This document shows, piece after piece, positions 1 through 9,838 of a stretch of 64,000 nucleotides of DNA. Below the pieces are notes generated by a model, which was not told the DNA's origin, did no database searches, and saw only the letters and a list, made by a program, of their open reading frames with translations. Origin of the DNA: an uncultured bacterium (GTDB lineage: Bacteria > Omnitrophota > Omnitrophia > Omnitrophales > Aquincolibacteriaceae); NCBI GenBank assembly GCA_964562525.1, contig CAZLTL010000001.1, positions 104,428-168,427 of the forward strand, read 5' to 3'. The position numbers and the translations under genes were made by a program. The stretch's first letter is position 1. The number at the start of each line of letters is the position of its first letter.

Positions 1-1399
1 TCCGTGACATGCGTGAAAGGCTTAAATAGCCCAACCCCACCTCGCTCAAAAAACCCAGTCTTGCCAAAATCTCGCTCATCAGCGCTTCCGACCTTTCAAC
101 CTCAAAAGAATTCAGCTGAAGTCCTTTAAAAAACTGCAACAGCGCGTCAATTTTCATCTCCTGTATTTCAAAAAAATTCTTATCGCCGATCTTCACGTGA
201 AGCGCTTCGGGCCTCAGCCGTGAACCGCCGCAATCGGGACACACCGTGTAGCCTCGGTAGCGATTAAGAAAAATACGGATATGCATTTTGTAAGTCTTTT
301 TTTCCAGATACTTAAAATAATCCGTAACCGAAACGTATTCATCGCCTTCTTTGCCTGAAACAATCCATTTCTTCTGCTGCGCGTCCAAATCTTTCCAAGG
401 AGTTTTAATTGAAATCTTGCGCCGCTTACAAAAATCTAAAAGCTGGCCTTGTTCCCAGCGCGTACTCGCCTTTGTCCAGGGATCCACCGCCCCGTCCTGA
501 ATCGTTTTGGATTCGTCCGGAACCACCAAGTTCCAATCGGTTTCAATTACGCGCCCAAACCCCTGACAGGACGGACAAGCACCAAGCGGACTGTTGAATG
601 AAAAAGAATTCTCCGTTACTTTCTTGAAAGTTTTACGGCATCGGGAACACTGCAAATCTTTAGAAAACCATTCAGTCTGGCTACCGCAAATCACACCCAG
701 CCGGCCTGAGCCCGCTTGAAAAGCCAGCTCCAAAGCTTCACGCAAGCGATTGCGATGACTCTCCGAACGTGCAACTGTATCCACTTTGACTTGAATTTCA
801 TTTTCCTTCTTTGAGAAAAAAGAATCTGCAGTAATCGGAATCTCTTTCCCATCTTTTAAAATAAGCGCCTCAAAACCTTGCTTTAAAAAGTCCGCGCTTA
901 AAGCCGCCGCCTCGGCCTTTGAGTTTTTTTTGAGCGTGTAAGGAAAGAAAACAGTCAATCTTTCTGATGAGCCTTGCATCAGCCGACTCATCACGGTATC
1001 AACTTGATAAGACATCACAGGCGCTTCCTGGCAATCGGGACAGGTCAGAACGCCAATTCTGGAAAAAAGCGCGCGCAGATAATCATTCACTTCCGTCTGT
1101 GTACCCACAGTCGAACGCGCATTGGAGATGACATTTTTTGCCTGAATCGCAACCGCGGGAGGGATGCCTGTTGCCGACTCAATATCCGGTTTAGGCATTT
1201 TTTCAAGAAATTGGCGCGCGTAAGAAGACAGCGACTCCATATACCGGCGCTGCCCCTCAGCGTAAAGTGTGTCAAACGCGAGCGAGGACTTTCCGGAGCC
1301 GGACACTCCCGTCATCACATGAATTTTGCGATGATCAAGACGAAGATTGAAGGACTTTAAATTATGCGTCGCGACACGGCGAAGCTCGATTGCGCTCAA
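1..1399 (-). CDS. uvrA: Excinuclease ABC subunit A, N-terminal ~465 aa; the gene continues past the window start
   Basis: Minus-strand translation reads LSAIELRRVATHNLKSFNLRLDHRKIHVMTGVSGSGKSSLAFDTLYAEGQRRYMESLSSYARQFL (Walker A). Further along it reads CPDCGGSRLRPEALHVKIGDKNFFEI, the zinc-finger region. There is no ATG; the probable TTG start is at 1399. This ORF is not in the supplied track because it has no ATG. Confidence 0.85.
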   Translation of the reverse strand, partial: MSAIELRRVATHNLKSFNLRLDHRKIHVMTGVSGSGKSSLAFDTLYAEGQRRYMESLSSYARQFLEKMPKPDIESATGIPPAVAIQAKNVISNARSTVGTQTEVNDYLRALFSRIGVLTCPDCQEAPVMSYQVDTVMSRLMQGSSERLTVFFPYTLKKNSKAEAAALSADFLKQGFEALILKDGKEIPITADSFFSKKENEIQVKVDTVARSESHRNRLREALELAFQAGSGRLGVICGSQTEWFSKDLQCSRCRKTFKKVTENSFSFNSPLGACPSCQGFGRVIETDWNLVVPDESKTIQDGAVDPWTKASTRWEQGQLLDFCKRRKISIKTPWKDLDAQQKKWIVSGKEGDEYVSVTDYFKYLEKKTYKMHIRIFLNRYRGYTVCPDCGGSRLRPEALHVKIGDKNFFEIQEMKIDALLQFFKGLQLNSFEVERSEALMSEILARLGFLSEVGLGYLSLSRMSR

Positions 1400-1412
1400 A
1401 AGAAGACGGGTA

Positions 1413-1817
1413 TTAGGCGGCTGTCACGCCGAATTTTTTCCGAATAGCCTCAAACACTTCGGATGCTCCGATCACGTTGCGGTAATCAGGATCAAGGAAA
1501 ACACTGGTCTGAAGCTTTGAATCGCTGCGGATCCGAATCTGCACCACCCGGCGGGAAGAATCATCCAGACGACTGAACCGACCGTTATAAAGACGTATGA
1601 GCCCGTCCGCTTTTAAAGTCTTTTCAGGAATCCAATCGGGCAATTCATTGACCGTGTCAAAGACAGCCAAAAAAACAAAATCATAGGGCTTATCAACACG
1701 AACTTCGTCAGAATTTGAAGCCGAAACTGTTTCAGCGGCAAAAGAAGATGTTTTGACCGCGCAAACGGACAAAATAAGACACAGAGCAAAAGCCAACGAC
1801 GATATAGATAATTTCAT
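1413..1817 (-). CDS. Small secreted protein of unknown function (134 aa, N-terminal signal peptide)
   Basis: It has a hydrophobic N-terminus ending in an FAA/ET signal-peptidase-like site. A GGAGG Shine-Dalgarno sits 5 nt before the ATG and 16 nt after the stop of the giant upstream gene, so it is probably translationally coupled. Confidence 0.55.
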   Translation of the reverse strand: MKLSISSLAFALCLILSVCAVKTSSFAAETVSASNSDEVRVDKPYDFVFLAVFDTVNELPDWIPEKTLKADGLIRLYNGRFSRLDDSSRRVVQIRIRSDSKLQTSVFLDPDYRNVIGASEVFEAIRKKFGVTAA

Positions 1818-1833
1818 GATTCCTCCGAAAAAA

Positions 1834-4800
1834 TTAAAATTTGCCGGACATGCGGACGAAAGGACCGTGACTCGAGTAATCGTTCGACTTCCTCAAATCA
1901 TCCGTGAAGTCGGCAAAGTCGTAACCCACGGCAACGCGCACATAATCGTAAAGCTCACGATCGACTTCCACCAATGCGCCATGCAAATGATTATCGGCTG
2001 ATTTATCCTGAAGTAAAATACGGTACTCTGCCGCGATGTCCCATTTGCGGGTCACGTGAAAGTTCAGGCGATTCGCCCAAAGCATGGAATTAAGCGCGAA
2101 ATCATCCGAAAGAAGCGAAGCAATCGAACGCTTAAATCCAATTTTCTCAACAATTTCCACATAACGATTGATGTCATAAGACGCGTCCATTTGAATAATA
2201 TGCGCACTATCATCCGTATTTAAATCCGTTCCCAAAAGGCTCAACTTGTCTGAGTTGATAATGCGGGTATATCGTGTCAGCATATTAAAGCGGTCATAAT
2301 TAATCGGACGATACGCGAAGCCCGTGTTCCACTCCATAAAATTCGTGTCTAAATCAAACGCGCTGCTAGAAAATTGCGCGCTGGAATAACTCAGGTTCAA
2401 ATAACTCAAGAAACTTAAGTCGCGGGAAACTTTGTACTCCAAAGAGTTGCGCGTCACAACCTGCCAAAGCTCGGGCTGATCCTGATCTTTACGAAACTCC
2501 CCGGAAACGCGAGCTTTTAACTTTTCAAACGGAGAATACTTTACGTTGCCTTCCCAATCCTCAACCTTTTGGGCGGCACCCACATAAGCCAAATGACCGC
2601 CAACAGTGTTATAGGTATTCGCACGCGCCAACCCCTGCAAAGCCAATGTATCCAAACGGCGAGTTGTCGAATTGTTCAAACGGCGGCGCTCAAAGCGCGC
2701 GCCATAATCCCAATGCTCGCCAAATTTACTGTCATACCCAAAAATATCCGCGAAGCCGTCCACGGAATTATATGTCGATAATTCACGTTCGGAATAAAGT
2801 CTCGAACCATTGTCAAAATGATAATTGCTGCCGATGGCCGTCGAAAGCGTTTTGGAACCAATTCCGCGGTCATGCGACTTCAAGCTGGCATAAGTACTCG
2901 CCGAGGGACCATGTCTTTTTTCAATTCCAAAAAGTGTGGAGTCACCGATTTTTCCGAACATCTGCTCCATATAAGCATAAAGATCATTCATGACTTCATA
3001 GCGCACACCGCCGCCGAATTGATGATTTCCCTTTTCATGAATCGCAACTTGAGTTTTAGCGTAAGGCATAAACCGCTCTGTCACGCGATATCCCAACTTA
3101 GCGACAATCCCGTCATTGAAAGGAATTTCCGATTCAAGCGAGGGCGAAAGCCAAGCCGGGTTATCAGGACCGTTGAGCGTCCGTCGGAAATACTCAGTCT
3201 CAGCCAACCAAAGACCGTTATCGTAAGTAATGCCGCCGGTATGCGAATTGAAGCTTTCAAATGGCGCCAAAATATTTCCGGATGTTAAAGGCAAAAGGGA
3301 CTCTTCAATTTCATTGTGATCGTAACGATATTTCAAATGCAGGTTATCCGTTAAACGATAGCGGTTGGCGACGCCATATTTCTTATAGCCTTCCTGACTC
3401 TTCAAAATATCATTCGAAAATCCGGGCTCAACACCTTGCAAAAATCCGTTCACTTCCCAGTTCTTAACCGGCTTGGATTCCGCTTTAATTAAATAAGCGC
3501 GCTCGCGACCGTCATTTTTTCTGCCCGATAAAAGCCCCAAATCCGCATAATTGAATCCGCCGTCATAAGAAACGGCCTGATCTTTTTGCTGCAGCATACT
3601 CGTCGCGTACTCTGTAATAATGCGTGTATTGCGGCCGAACTTCATCGTCATATCCACCGCGCGCAAATCATAGTCTTCCTGATCGCGGCGTTCTTCGACC
3701 ATGGTTCCACCGACGCGAATGTGCTTACCCATATGAGTGTAACCACGGAAACCGCGATTATCATTTTCTCGTGGATCAAAACCATCAACATATTCATAAT
3801 CCGCGATCAAAAACACACGATTACCATCCGCCATATCCGTTGAAAAAGAGGTGTGCGGCGATGCCATGGAAGAAAGCGGCCGGGTCAGCATCACGCGACC
3901 GGACTCATAATCAATTTCGTAATCCGTGCCTTCTTGAAGATCATACCGGCCAATAGCGATATCCTGTATCTTGTCGCGAACCTCAACGCTTAATTGCTCA
4001 CTGCCTTCAACAATGTCGCGATCACGCAAATAATAAAGCGTTCCACCGGTCGACTCCAACTCAACATGCGCGCCCTTGTTGCTGTTGTTAGTAGAGAAAA
4101 CTTTAAACCCGCGTTGAGCATCACCATACGGGGTGGTTTGAAGTGACTCATGATGAACTTGTAAACCGGAAAGCGTGCGGTTGTAGCTGGCAAGTTCCGT
4201 ATCATCAAACTCGGTTTGAAAACTGCCCCAACGGACAAAAGACCGGTCCATTTCAACCAACATATAGAAACGAGAACCGGTATTTAATCCCTCATAATTG
4301 ATCTGAGACTTATCACCGTAAATCGGATAATACTCATCCGGATCGAGATTCGTAAAAAGAGCGTTGCGCTTATCGCCTGTATCAAACTTGGATTTAACGA
4401 GAAACTTGCCTTTTAATTTCCCTTTCAAGAAATACGAAAGTCGTCCATCTTGATAGAAACCGTCTTTATATTGTTTGTCGCTGCCGACGGTTTCAATGCT
4501 TCCGTCCGCGAAGTTCTTTCCTAACTCTTGCTCACCCAAAGCCACCAAGAAAAACATACTATCTTTGACTTTTACTTTTTCCGTATACAGCGTGCTTTCT
4601 CCTTCCGGCGAAACCACATTCACAACAAACTCATTTTCGCCGGGATTCACATAAAACTCTTTACCAAAACGGCCTGTTTCAGGGTTCACATCTACCGGCG
4701 CGTCATTAATATAAGCCTTATTTTCAGGCAAGGTTCGTCCGCGCACACGCACCGTCGGCTTAGCAATAAGGGGAATGCTGCGTTTCCCGTCCTTGAAAAT

Positions 4801-7206
4801 ATTGAAGTTTCCAACCGGGGAAATTTCTTCGACATAGTTCTTGCCGGCTTTTGGGCTCGATTGGTAAACAGTCTCTTCTTTGACTGAACCCTCCCAATCT
4901 TCCGCGCTTGCAACTTTACCCACCTTGGAAAAAACCCGAAAAAACTTGAGCAACGACCAATCCTGACGGCCTTTATCATCTTCAACTATTAATCGATAAG
5001 AATAAATTCCGGGCTGAATCAATACGCCCGAGTCAGTCAAACCTTCCCATAAAGTGTCGGCGGGCGGCTTACCAATACCATACCCCGACCAAACTTTGCG
5101 TCCCATTTCATCGCGAATTTCTAAAATCCATTTACGAACCATGTGCGGATAGTTCAGGTCAAATGTAAAAAGAGGCTGACGTTCCAACACTCCGGCGCCC
5201 AATTTCAAAACGTCAGGCTCCATCAAAACATCAAGCTGAGGAGGAGTGGTATCAAGTCCCTGCGTGATCTGAACGCTTAAATCCCCTTCAAATTCTTTCG
5301 GCATGGAAGGATTCCCGCCTTCCCAATCCTCTTTACCGCGCGGCGCCACAGCAAAATTAACCTTACTCATGACGCCGGGAGTGCTTTTAAAAAGGTAGGA
5401 TTCTTCTGTGATAAATTCTGTATTTTCAGGAAGCGTATGCGCGTCAATTTTTAAAACGTGACGGCCCGGGCGCATATTCGGAATGTGATACATACCGTTT
5501 TCATCGGTGGTTATCATGATGCCTTCTTCGGTATATAAATTCACAAAAGGCATACCATCTTCACCGGGTTGCTGCTGACCATCTCGATTGCGGTCGTGGA
5601 ACACCTTACCAATTACCGTGCTTTGGTCAAACATGGCATCTTCTTCAATTAACAATCTTTCTCGGGCTCTCAAATTCATTCCAACAGAATCAGTTAATAG
5701 AAAATCAATTTCATACAAATGCCCAGGCTTGACCCCACTTGTCACAACAAACGGCAGCGTAATCAAAATAGGGTCGCCGGGATTAAGCGTTCCGATCGGA
5801 ATAATCACTGAACCTTCCCGTGCATTTGCGTCCCCGCCATTCAATCCAACATCGGAAAGATTGACGTTGATTCCTTTTGGATTGTTCACCCGCAGCTGAA
5901 CCCCTGTAAAGGTACTATCTGATTCGTTGTTAAAGCTAACCACAGCAGGGACAATGTCTCCCGCCTTTGCTTTACGTTTAGAAAGTGTGACATTGAACGC
6001 GGTAGGATTAATCGAAGCGAACAAGCTATCAAAATCGACACTCGCTGACCCTAATCCGCTGGATGGCTGAATTCGCAGAGTGAAAGTGACTCGATCCGCC
6101 CCAGAAGGAACCACCCCTGAGGTTGAAAGCAAAGTAAAGTCATCGGTCGTAGAAGATAATGAAGCAATATCGCTATCCACCGTAGTCCCGGAACTATTTT
6201 GATATTCAATCACCATTTGCGCGGACTGCCCCACATTCAAACTATTCACCTGCACCAATCCCGAAAAAGTCACCGGAGTTCCGGGAGAAACTCGCGTGCC
6301 AGAAGATTGGAATGTAAAAACCCCACCGGTTGTTGCTGCCGATTCCGCCAAGCGCAAAAAGTTATTTCCCTCAGGCGCACCCACGGAAACAATTGAAATA
6401 CCACGATTCGCGGTATTATCCCAATTCCCCGAACCCCCGATCGAGCTTTCAAAACCAGGATTGTTAATCGCATTATTGACACCGCTGATATTCGTCTGAG
6501 TAGTATTTAAAGCCGCCGCGGCAGCAACCGACTTAGTCACCGAAGCAGAGTCAATTTGGACTTTTGTCGTATTTCCAACATTTCCATCCTGAATACGCAT
6601 AACAACTACAACGTGGTCTGTTGTAAGAGGTGCTACGGCTGATATAGATAGTGGGGCAAACCCCTGAACAGCCGAAATGTTTGCAGAATCACAAACCAAA
6701 TCAACACCGCAAACACCCGCACCCAAAGCAATAGTAGCATCCGCCGCATTCTTAAACTCAATCACAAGTTCAAAAAAAGCCGCTCCGACTTGCTCGGTCA
6801 TCGCCACTTCGGCAGAAAAGGTGACGGTATCTCCCGGAGCAACAGAACCGGCGGCCGTACTTTGAAAAGTAAAAGGAAAATTGGCTATATGATCAACTCC
6901 CTCTGGAGTTAACTGAAGAACTTGGACCCCAGCGGGCGGAGCACCAGGTGTTGCAAGCGTAATACCACGTCCCGCGGTAGCATCCCAATTGCTCGAACCA
7001 CCAAGAGCGCTTTCAAAACTACGATTCGAAATGAGCTGAGAAGGGGCTGTTGCATTCGCGTTAAACGCGGTTTGAGTCACAGAAACATCTGGTGCAGTGG
7101 TAATTTCGGTAATTGCACGCGCGGCAAAAACAGATGTGTCGACGCTTGTCAAAAGCATCGCCGTCATCGCGACAACCGAAATTATTTTTTTAAATTCTTT
7201 TTTCAT
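1834..7206 (-). CDS. Giant (1790 aa) secreted/outer-membrane protein with two tandem CBM4/9-like beta-sandwich repeats, DUF11-like and SdrD-B-like Ig domains, and a long beta-rich C-terminal region ending in Phe
   Basis: It has a signal peptide, MKKEFKKIISVVAMTAMLLTSVDTSVFA. Two ~170-aa repeats begin NRSFESALGGSSNWDATAGRGI and NPGFESSIGGSGNWDNTANRGI, matching the N.GFE...W start of CBM_4_9-type domains. GKVFHDRNRDGQQQPGEDGMPFVNLYTEEGIMITTDENGMYHIPNMRPGRHVLKID fits the SdrD B-like fold. The C-terminal ~900 aa are rich in alternating aromatic residues and end ...HGPFVRMSGKF, an outer-membrane barrel signature. Confidence 0.65.
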   Translation of the reverse strand: MKKEFKKIISVVAMTAMLLTSVDTSVFAARAITEITTAPDVSVTQTAFNANATAPSQLISNRSFESALGGSSNWDATAGRGITLATPGAPPAGVQVLQLTPEGVDHIANFPFTFQSTAAGSVAPGDTVTFSAEVAMTEQVGAAFFELVIEFKNAADATIALGAGVCGVDLVCDSANISAVQGFAPLSISAVAPLTTDHVVVVMRIQDGNVGNTTKVQIDSASVTKSVAAAAALNTTQTNISGVNNAINNPGFESSIGGSGNWDNTANRGISIVSVGAPEGNNFLRLAESAATTGGVFTFQSSGTRVSPGTPVTFSGLVQVNSLNVGQSAQMVIEYQNSSGTTVDSDIASLSSTTDDFTLLSTSGVVPSGADRVTFTLRIQPSSGLGSASVDFDSLFASINPTAFNVTLSKRKAKAGDIVPAVVSFNNESDSTFTGVQLRVNNPKGINVNLSDVGLNGGDANAREGSVIIPIGTLNPGDPILITLPFVVTSGVKPGHLYEIDFLLTDSVGMNLRARERLLIEEDAMFDQSTVIGKVFHDRNRDGQQQPGEDGMPFVNLYTEEGIMITTDENGMYHIPNMRPGRHVLKIDAHTLPENTEFITEESYLFKSTPGVMSKVNFAVAPRGKEDWEGGNPSMPKEFEGDLSVQITQGLDTTPPQLDVLMEPDVLKLGAGVLERQPLFTFDLNYPHMVRKWILEIRDEMGRKVWSGYGIGKPPADTLWEGLTDSGVLIQPGIYSYRLIVEDDKGRQDWSLLKFFRVFSKVGKVASAEDWEGSVKEETVYQSSPKAGKNYVEEISPVGNFNIFKDGKRSIPLIAKPTVRVRGRTLPENKAYINDAPVDVNPETGRFGKEFYVNPGENEFVVNVVSPEGESTLYTEKVKVKDSMFFLVALGEQELGKNFADGSIETVGSDKQYKDGFYQDGRLSYFLKGKLKGKFLVKSKFDTGDKRNALFTNLDPDEYYPIYGDKSQINYEGLNTGSRFYMLVEMDRSFVRWGSFQTEFDDTELASYNRTLSGLQVHHESLQTTPYGDAQRGFKVFSTNNSNKGAHVELESTGGTLYYLRDRDIVEGSEQLSVEVRDKIQDIAIGRYDLQEGTDYEIDYESGRVMLTRPLSSMASPHTSFSTDMADGNRVFLIADYEYVDGFDPRENDNRGFRGYTHMGKHIRVGGTMVEERRDQEDYDLRAVDMTMKFGRNTRIITEYATSMLQQKDQAVSYDGGFNYADLGLLSGRKNDGRERAYLIKAESKPVKNWEVNGFLQGVEPGFSNDILKSQEGYKKYGVANRYRLTDNLHLKYRYDHNEIEESLLPLTSGNILAPFESFNSHTGGITYDNGLWLAETEYFRRTLNGPDNPAWLSPSLESEIPFNDGIVAKLGYRVTERFMPYAKTQVAIHEKGNHQFGGGVRYEVMNDLYAYMEQMFGKIGDSTLFGIEKRHGPSASTYASLKSHDRGIGSKTLSTAIGSNYHFDNGSRLYSERELSTYNSVDGFADIFGYDSKFGEHWDYGARFERRRLNNSTTRRLDTLALQGLARANTYNTVGGHLAYVGAAQKVEDWEGNVKYSPFEKLKARVSGEFRKDQDQPELWQVVTRNSLEYKVSRDLSFLSYLNLSYSSAQFSSSAFDLDTNFMEWNTGFAYRPINYDRFNMLTRYTRIINSDKLSLLGTDLNTDDSAHIIQMDASYDINRYVEIVEKIGFKRSIASLLSDDFALNSMLWANRLNFHVTRKWDIAAEYRILLQDKSADNHLHGALVEVDRELYDYVRVAVGYDFADFTDDLRKSNDYSSHGPFVRMSGKF

Positions 7207-7286
7207 TTTGTCATTCCCGCGAAAGCGGGAATCTAGTTTTTAAATTCAATTCTGGATCCCCGCCTTCGCGGGGATGACAGCATTAC
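7207..7286. repeat. BIME-like pair of GC-rich hairpins in inverted orientation between the OMP gene and the giant-protein gene
   Basis: The sequence is GTCATTCCCGCGAAAGCGGGAATC, a 21-nt spacer, then GGATCCCCGCCTTCGCGGGGATGAC. Each half is an 8-bp stem with a tetraloop, and the two halves are near reverse complements of each other. The second hairpin ends 5 nt before the ATG of the giant gene on the mRNA strand. Confidence 0.6.
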
Positions 7287-8987
7287 TTAGTAACGGCGGC
7301 TGGCGAAACTAACGCCAAAACGCAAATCATTACGCACAAAATCTTGGTTCTCAGAGCTGTCTTGTTTGACGCTCTGAGCTTTACCGATCGCAAGCCACTC
7401 ACCAAAAATCTTTATCTTTGAAAGCCATTCGTTTTCCTTATGGCGCCAAGTACGGAAAGGCATCCAGCGCACGCCCGCGGAAACATAGTAAGTATTTTGG
7501 AAGTGAAAGGCATGCGCACTGTTCACTGAGCTTTCCAATCGTAAATAAGGCATCAATGCGATTTCATTGTTAATCGGATTATCCGGGAGAGGAATTCCGG
7601 GCAGCTTCACGCCCAACATCAAAGAGTTGCTGAAAGTCCAAGCATGAGAGTATTTGTCCAAACTAAAATCAGTTTTTGCCCAATGGTAATCCGCAAAATA
7701 TTCGCCCCATACAAATTCCTGCAAATACTCCGTAAAATTCTCCGGAGCAGGCTGGTTTAAATCGGGAAGCTCAACTCCAAACTCATAAAACAACTGCACG
7801 CCTGCTTGCAAATCCCAGTCATGCGCAGATATTTCATCTTTGATATTTTTGCGGTCGCCATACTTAACAAAAAAACGATAATTACGCACCCACTCTAAAA
7901 GTTTAATATTGCCGAAAGGACGGTAATTCGCGAGCCAATGATTGCGCGCCAAAGGCCGCCACTCCACACCCGCGAAGAAATCTGCTTTGCTTTTAAAATC
8001 TTCCGAAACGGCTTCCATTGAAACCGTCGATTCCAAAAAGGGATCCAAAGTATTCAGCGGAAAACGAATCCCGCGAAACACCACACGATTCGACCAATAG
8101 CCGACTTGACTATTGAACTTATTGTCTTCGAGGTTGGTTTTACGCCACGAAGTTTCGCCGAATGACTGCCACAAGACTGGCTCGCCCGCACCCTCACCTT
8201 GAAATGGCCCCCAAATTTGTTCACCTAAATCCATTTGATCAGCCCATTTCAAAAAGAGGTCTTCTTCTTTGCGCTGATTGGAAACATAACTCTGATCAAA
8301 CTGAGTGACATATTCATCTTCAATTTCAACAGGCACCTGAGCTTCCGCGACCATCTCATCAAAGTTGCCGCCAATTTGAACCGCCTGCTGACGTGTTTGA
8401 GAGATTAAATTCTTTGCGTCTTCCACGCTCGAAAAAGCTTTATCACCCACCCAATAAAGTGTAGGGCCTCCTCCGGGCAATGCCATCTTTCGGATTTCAA
8501 CCCCGCCCTCATCGGAAGTTTCTAAGTTGTTTTGAACATAGTCATTCACATCATCAATGGTTTTGAGACCTTTTAAATAACGGGTCTTCACAACTTCACC
8601 GCCGAAATCGGTAATCACCGCGTATTCTGCGTCCATTTTCCGGGAAGGGGTTTGCACGACCGTGAACCCCTGAACATCGGTCGCAATCGACTCTGATTTT
8701 TTAGAAGGCGCGGCGAAAAAAGTCTTGGCAAAAAGATTGGGCTTAGGAATTACTTTTTCTTTTTTGACGGTTAATTTAGGTTCGGCGGCAGTTTCCAAAA
8801 CCGAACCGGATGGCGGAGAAGCGCTATCCTTGCTCATCGCAGCTTCTAATTCTTGATCAAGATTGAGATTGGCGGGTTTGAGATCAGCTTGATCGGATAG
8901 AAGTGTTTGGGCAAAAAGCGGACCTGAAAAAAGAGCGAAAACAAGAGCTCCGCTCAACAATAAAAGATTGTATCGTTTATTTTTCAT
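7287..8987 (-). CDS. Hypothetical outer-membrane protein (566 aa, signal peptide, W/Y-rich beta-rich C-terminus ending RRY)
   Basis: It has a signal peptide, MKNKRYNLLLLSGALVFALFSGPLFAQT. The C-terminal half has an amphipathic alternating aromatic pattern and ends in an aromatic residue. I recognise no catalytic motif. Confidence 0.5.
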   Translation of the reverse strand: MKNKRYNLLLLSGALVFALFSGPLFAQTLLSDQADLKPANLNLDQELEAAMSKDSASPPSGSVLETAAEPKLTVKKEKVIPKPNLFAKTFFAAPSKKSESIATDVQGFTVVQTPSRKMDAEYAVITDFGGEVVKTRYLKGLKTIDDVNDYVQNNLETSDEGGVEIRKMALPGGGPTLYWVGDKAFSSVEDAKNLISQTRQQAVQIGGNFDEMVAEAQVPVEIEDEYVTQFDQSYVSNQRKEEDLFLKWADQMDLGEQIWGPFQGEGAGEPVLWQSFGETSWRKTNLEDNKFNSQVGYWSNRVVFRGIRFPLNTLDPFLESTVSMEAVSEDFKSKADFFAGVEWRPLARNHWLANYRPFGNIKLLEWVRNYRFFVKYGDRKNIKDEISAHDWDLQAGVQLFYEFGVELPDLNQPAPENFTEYLQEFVWGEYFADYHWAKTDFSLDKYSHAWTFSNSLMLGVKLPGIPLPDNPINNEIALMPYLRLESSVNSAHAFHFQNTYYVSAGVRWMPFRTWRHKENEWLSKIKIFGEWLAIGKAQSVKQDSSENQDFVRNDLRFGVSFASRRY

Positions 8988-9034
8988 TCAGGATTTCAAA
9001 AAATGATTAAAAAAAATTCACTCAAAACGGCGTA

Positions 9035-9838
9035 TTATGCCATGCCGAGTACATCCTGCATAGTGAAAAGCCCGCGGGTTTTCTTGGATAAGAACCGCGC
9101 GGCAACCAACGCTCCTTTGGCGAAAGCATCACGTGATGTAGCTTGATGCACCAGTTCCACGCGCTCGCCGCTCCCGAAGAAAAAAACATGATGCTCTCCG
9201 ACAACATCGCCGCCGCGCAAAGCAAAACAACCGATCTCTTTCTGCTTTCGCGCGCCCACTTCCCCTTCGCGCCCATAAACCGCATCCTGCTTCAAATTCC
9301 GCTTTTTAGCTTCGGCTAAAATCTCAAGCAGCTTCACCGCTGTTCCGCTTGGCGCGTCTTTTTTGAGCTTGTGATGAATTTCAGAAATTTCCATATCGTA
9401 ACTTTCATCCAAAACCGTCGCCGCCAATTCCGTCAGCTTAAAAAGAAGATTTACACCCACGCTCATATTCGGCGACTGCACAATCGCGATCTTTTTTGAA
9501 GCCACTTTGAGTTTTTTACGGTGAGTTTCCGCAAGCCCCGTGGTTCCGACAACAAGCCCGGTTTTATTTTTGATTGCCGCGGCAATATGCAAATCGAGAC
9601 TCGAGGGATGCGTAAAATCAATGATGACATCAGCACCTTTGGAAGCTTGAAGCATATCGCAAGTTAACTTTGAACCTGTTTTAGCAACACCCAAAACATC
9701 GCCGATATCGCGCCCCAAATCCGGATTCCCTTTTTGCTCAACGCCGCCCGCAATCACAAAAGATTTGTCCTGCGCAGCTAATCTTAAAATCGCCTGCCCC
9801 ATTCGGCCGCAAGCACCGGCCATTACAATCCGAGTCAT
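9035..9838 (-). CDS. dapB: 4-hydroxy-tetrahydrodipicolinate reductase
   Basis: It starts MTRIVMAGACGRMGQAI (NAD(P)-binding). EIHHKLKKDAPSGTA and MSVGVNL are DapB motifs. Confidence 0.9.
   Translation of the reverse strand: MTRIVMAGACGRMGQAILRLAAQDKSFVIAGGVEQKGNPDLGRDIGDVLGVAKTGSKLTCDMLQASKGADVIIDFTHPSSLDLHIAAAIKNKTGLVVGTTGLAETHRKKLKVASKKIAIVQSPNMSVGVNLLFKLTELAATVLDESYDMEISEIHHKLKKDAPSGTAVKLLEILAEAKKRNLKQDAVYGREGEVGARKQKEIGCFALRGGDVVGEHHVFFFGSGERVELVHQATSRDAFAKGALVAARFLSKKTRGLFTMQDVLGMA

Noticed and set aside
974-1360. 128-aa plus-strand ORF and a 62-aa minus-strand ORF inside the uvrA region
   Set aside because: The translation is low-complexity and Arg/His-rich, and it is antisense or out of frame to a well-supported uvrA reading frame.
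2569-6499. Numerous 60-160-aa plus-strand ORFs within 1834-7206
   Set aside because: All are antisense to the continuous 1790-aa reading frame, and their translations have no motifs and skewed composition.
9022-9285. 87-aa ORF overlapping the dapB 3' end
   Set aside because: It is out of frame and overlaps strongly supported dapB, and the translation looks random.
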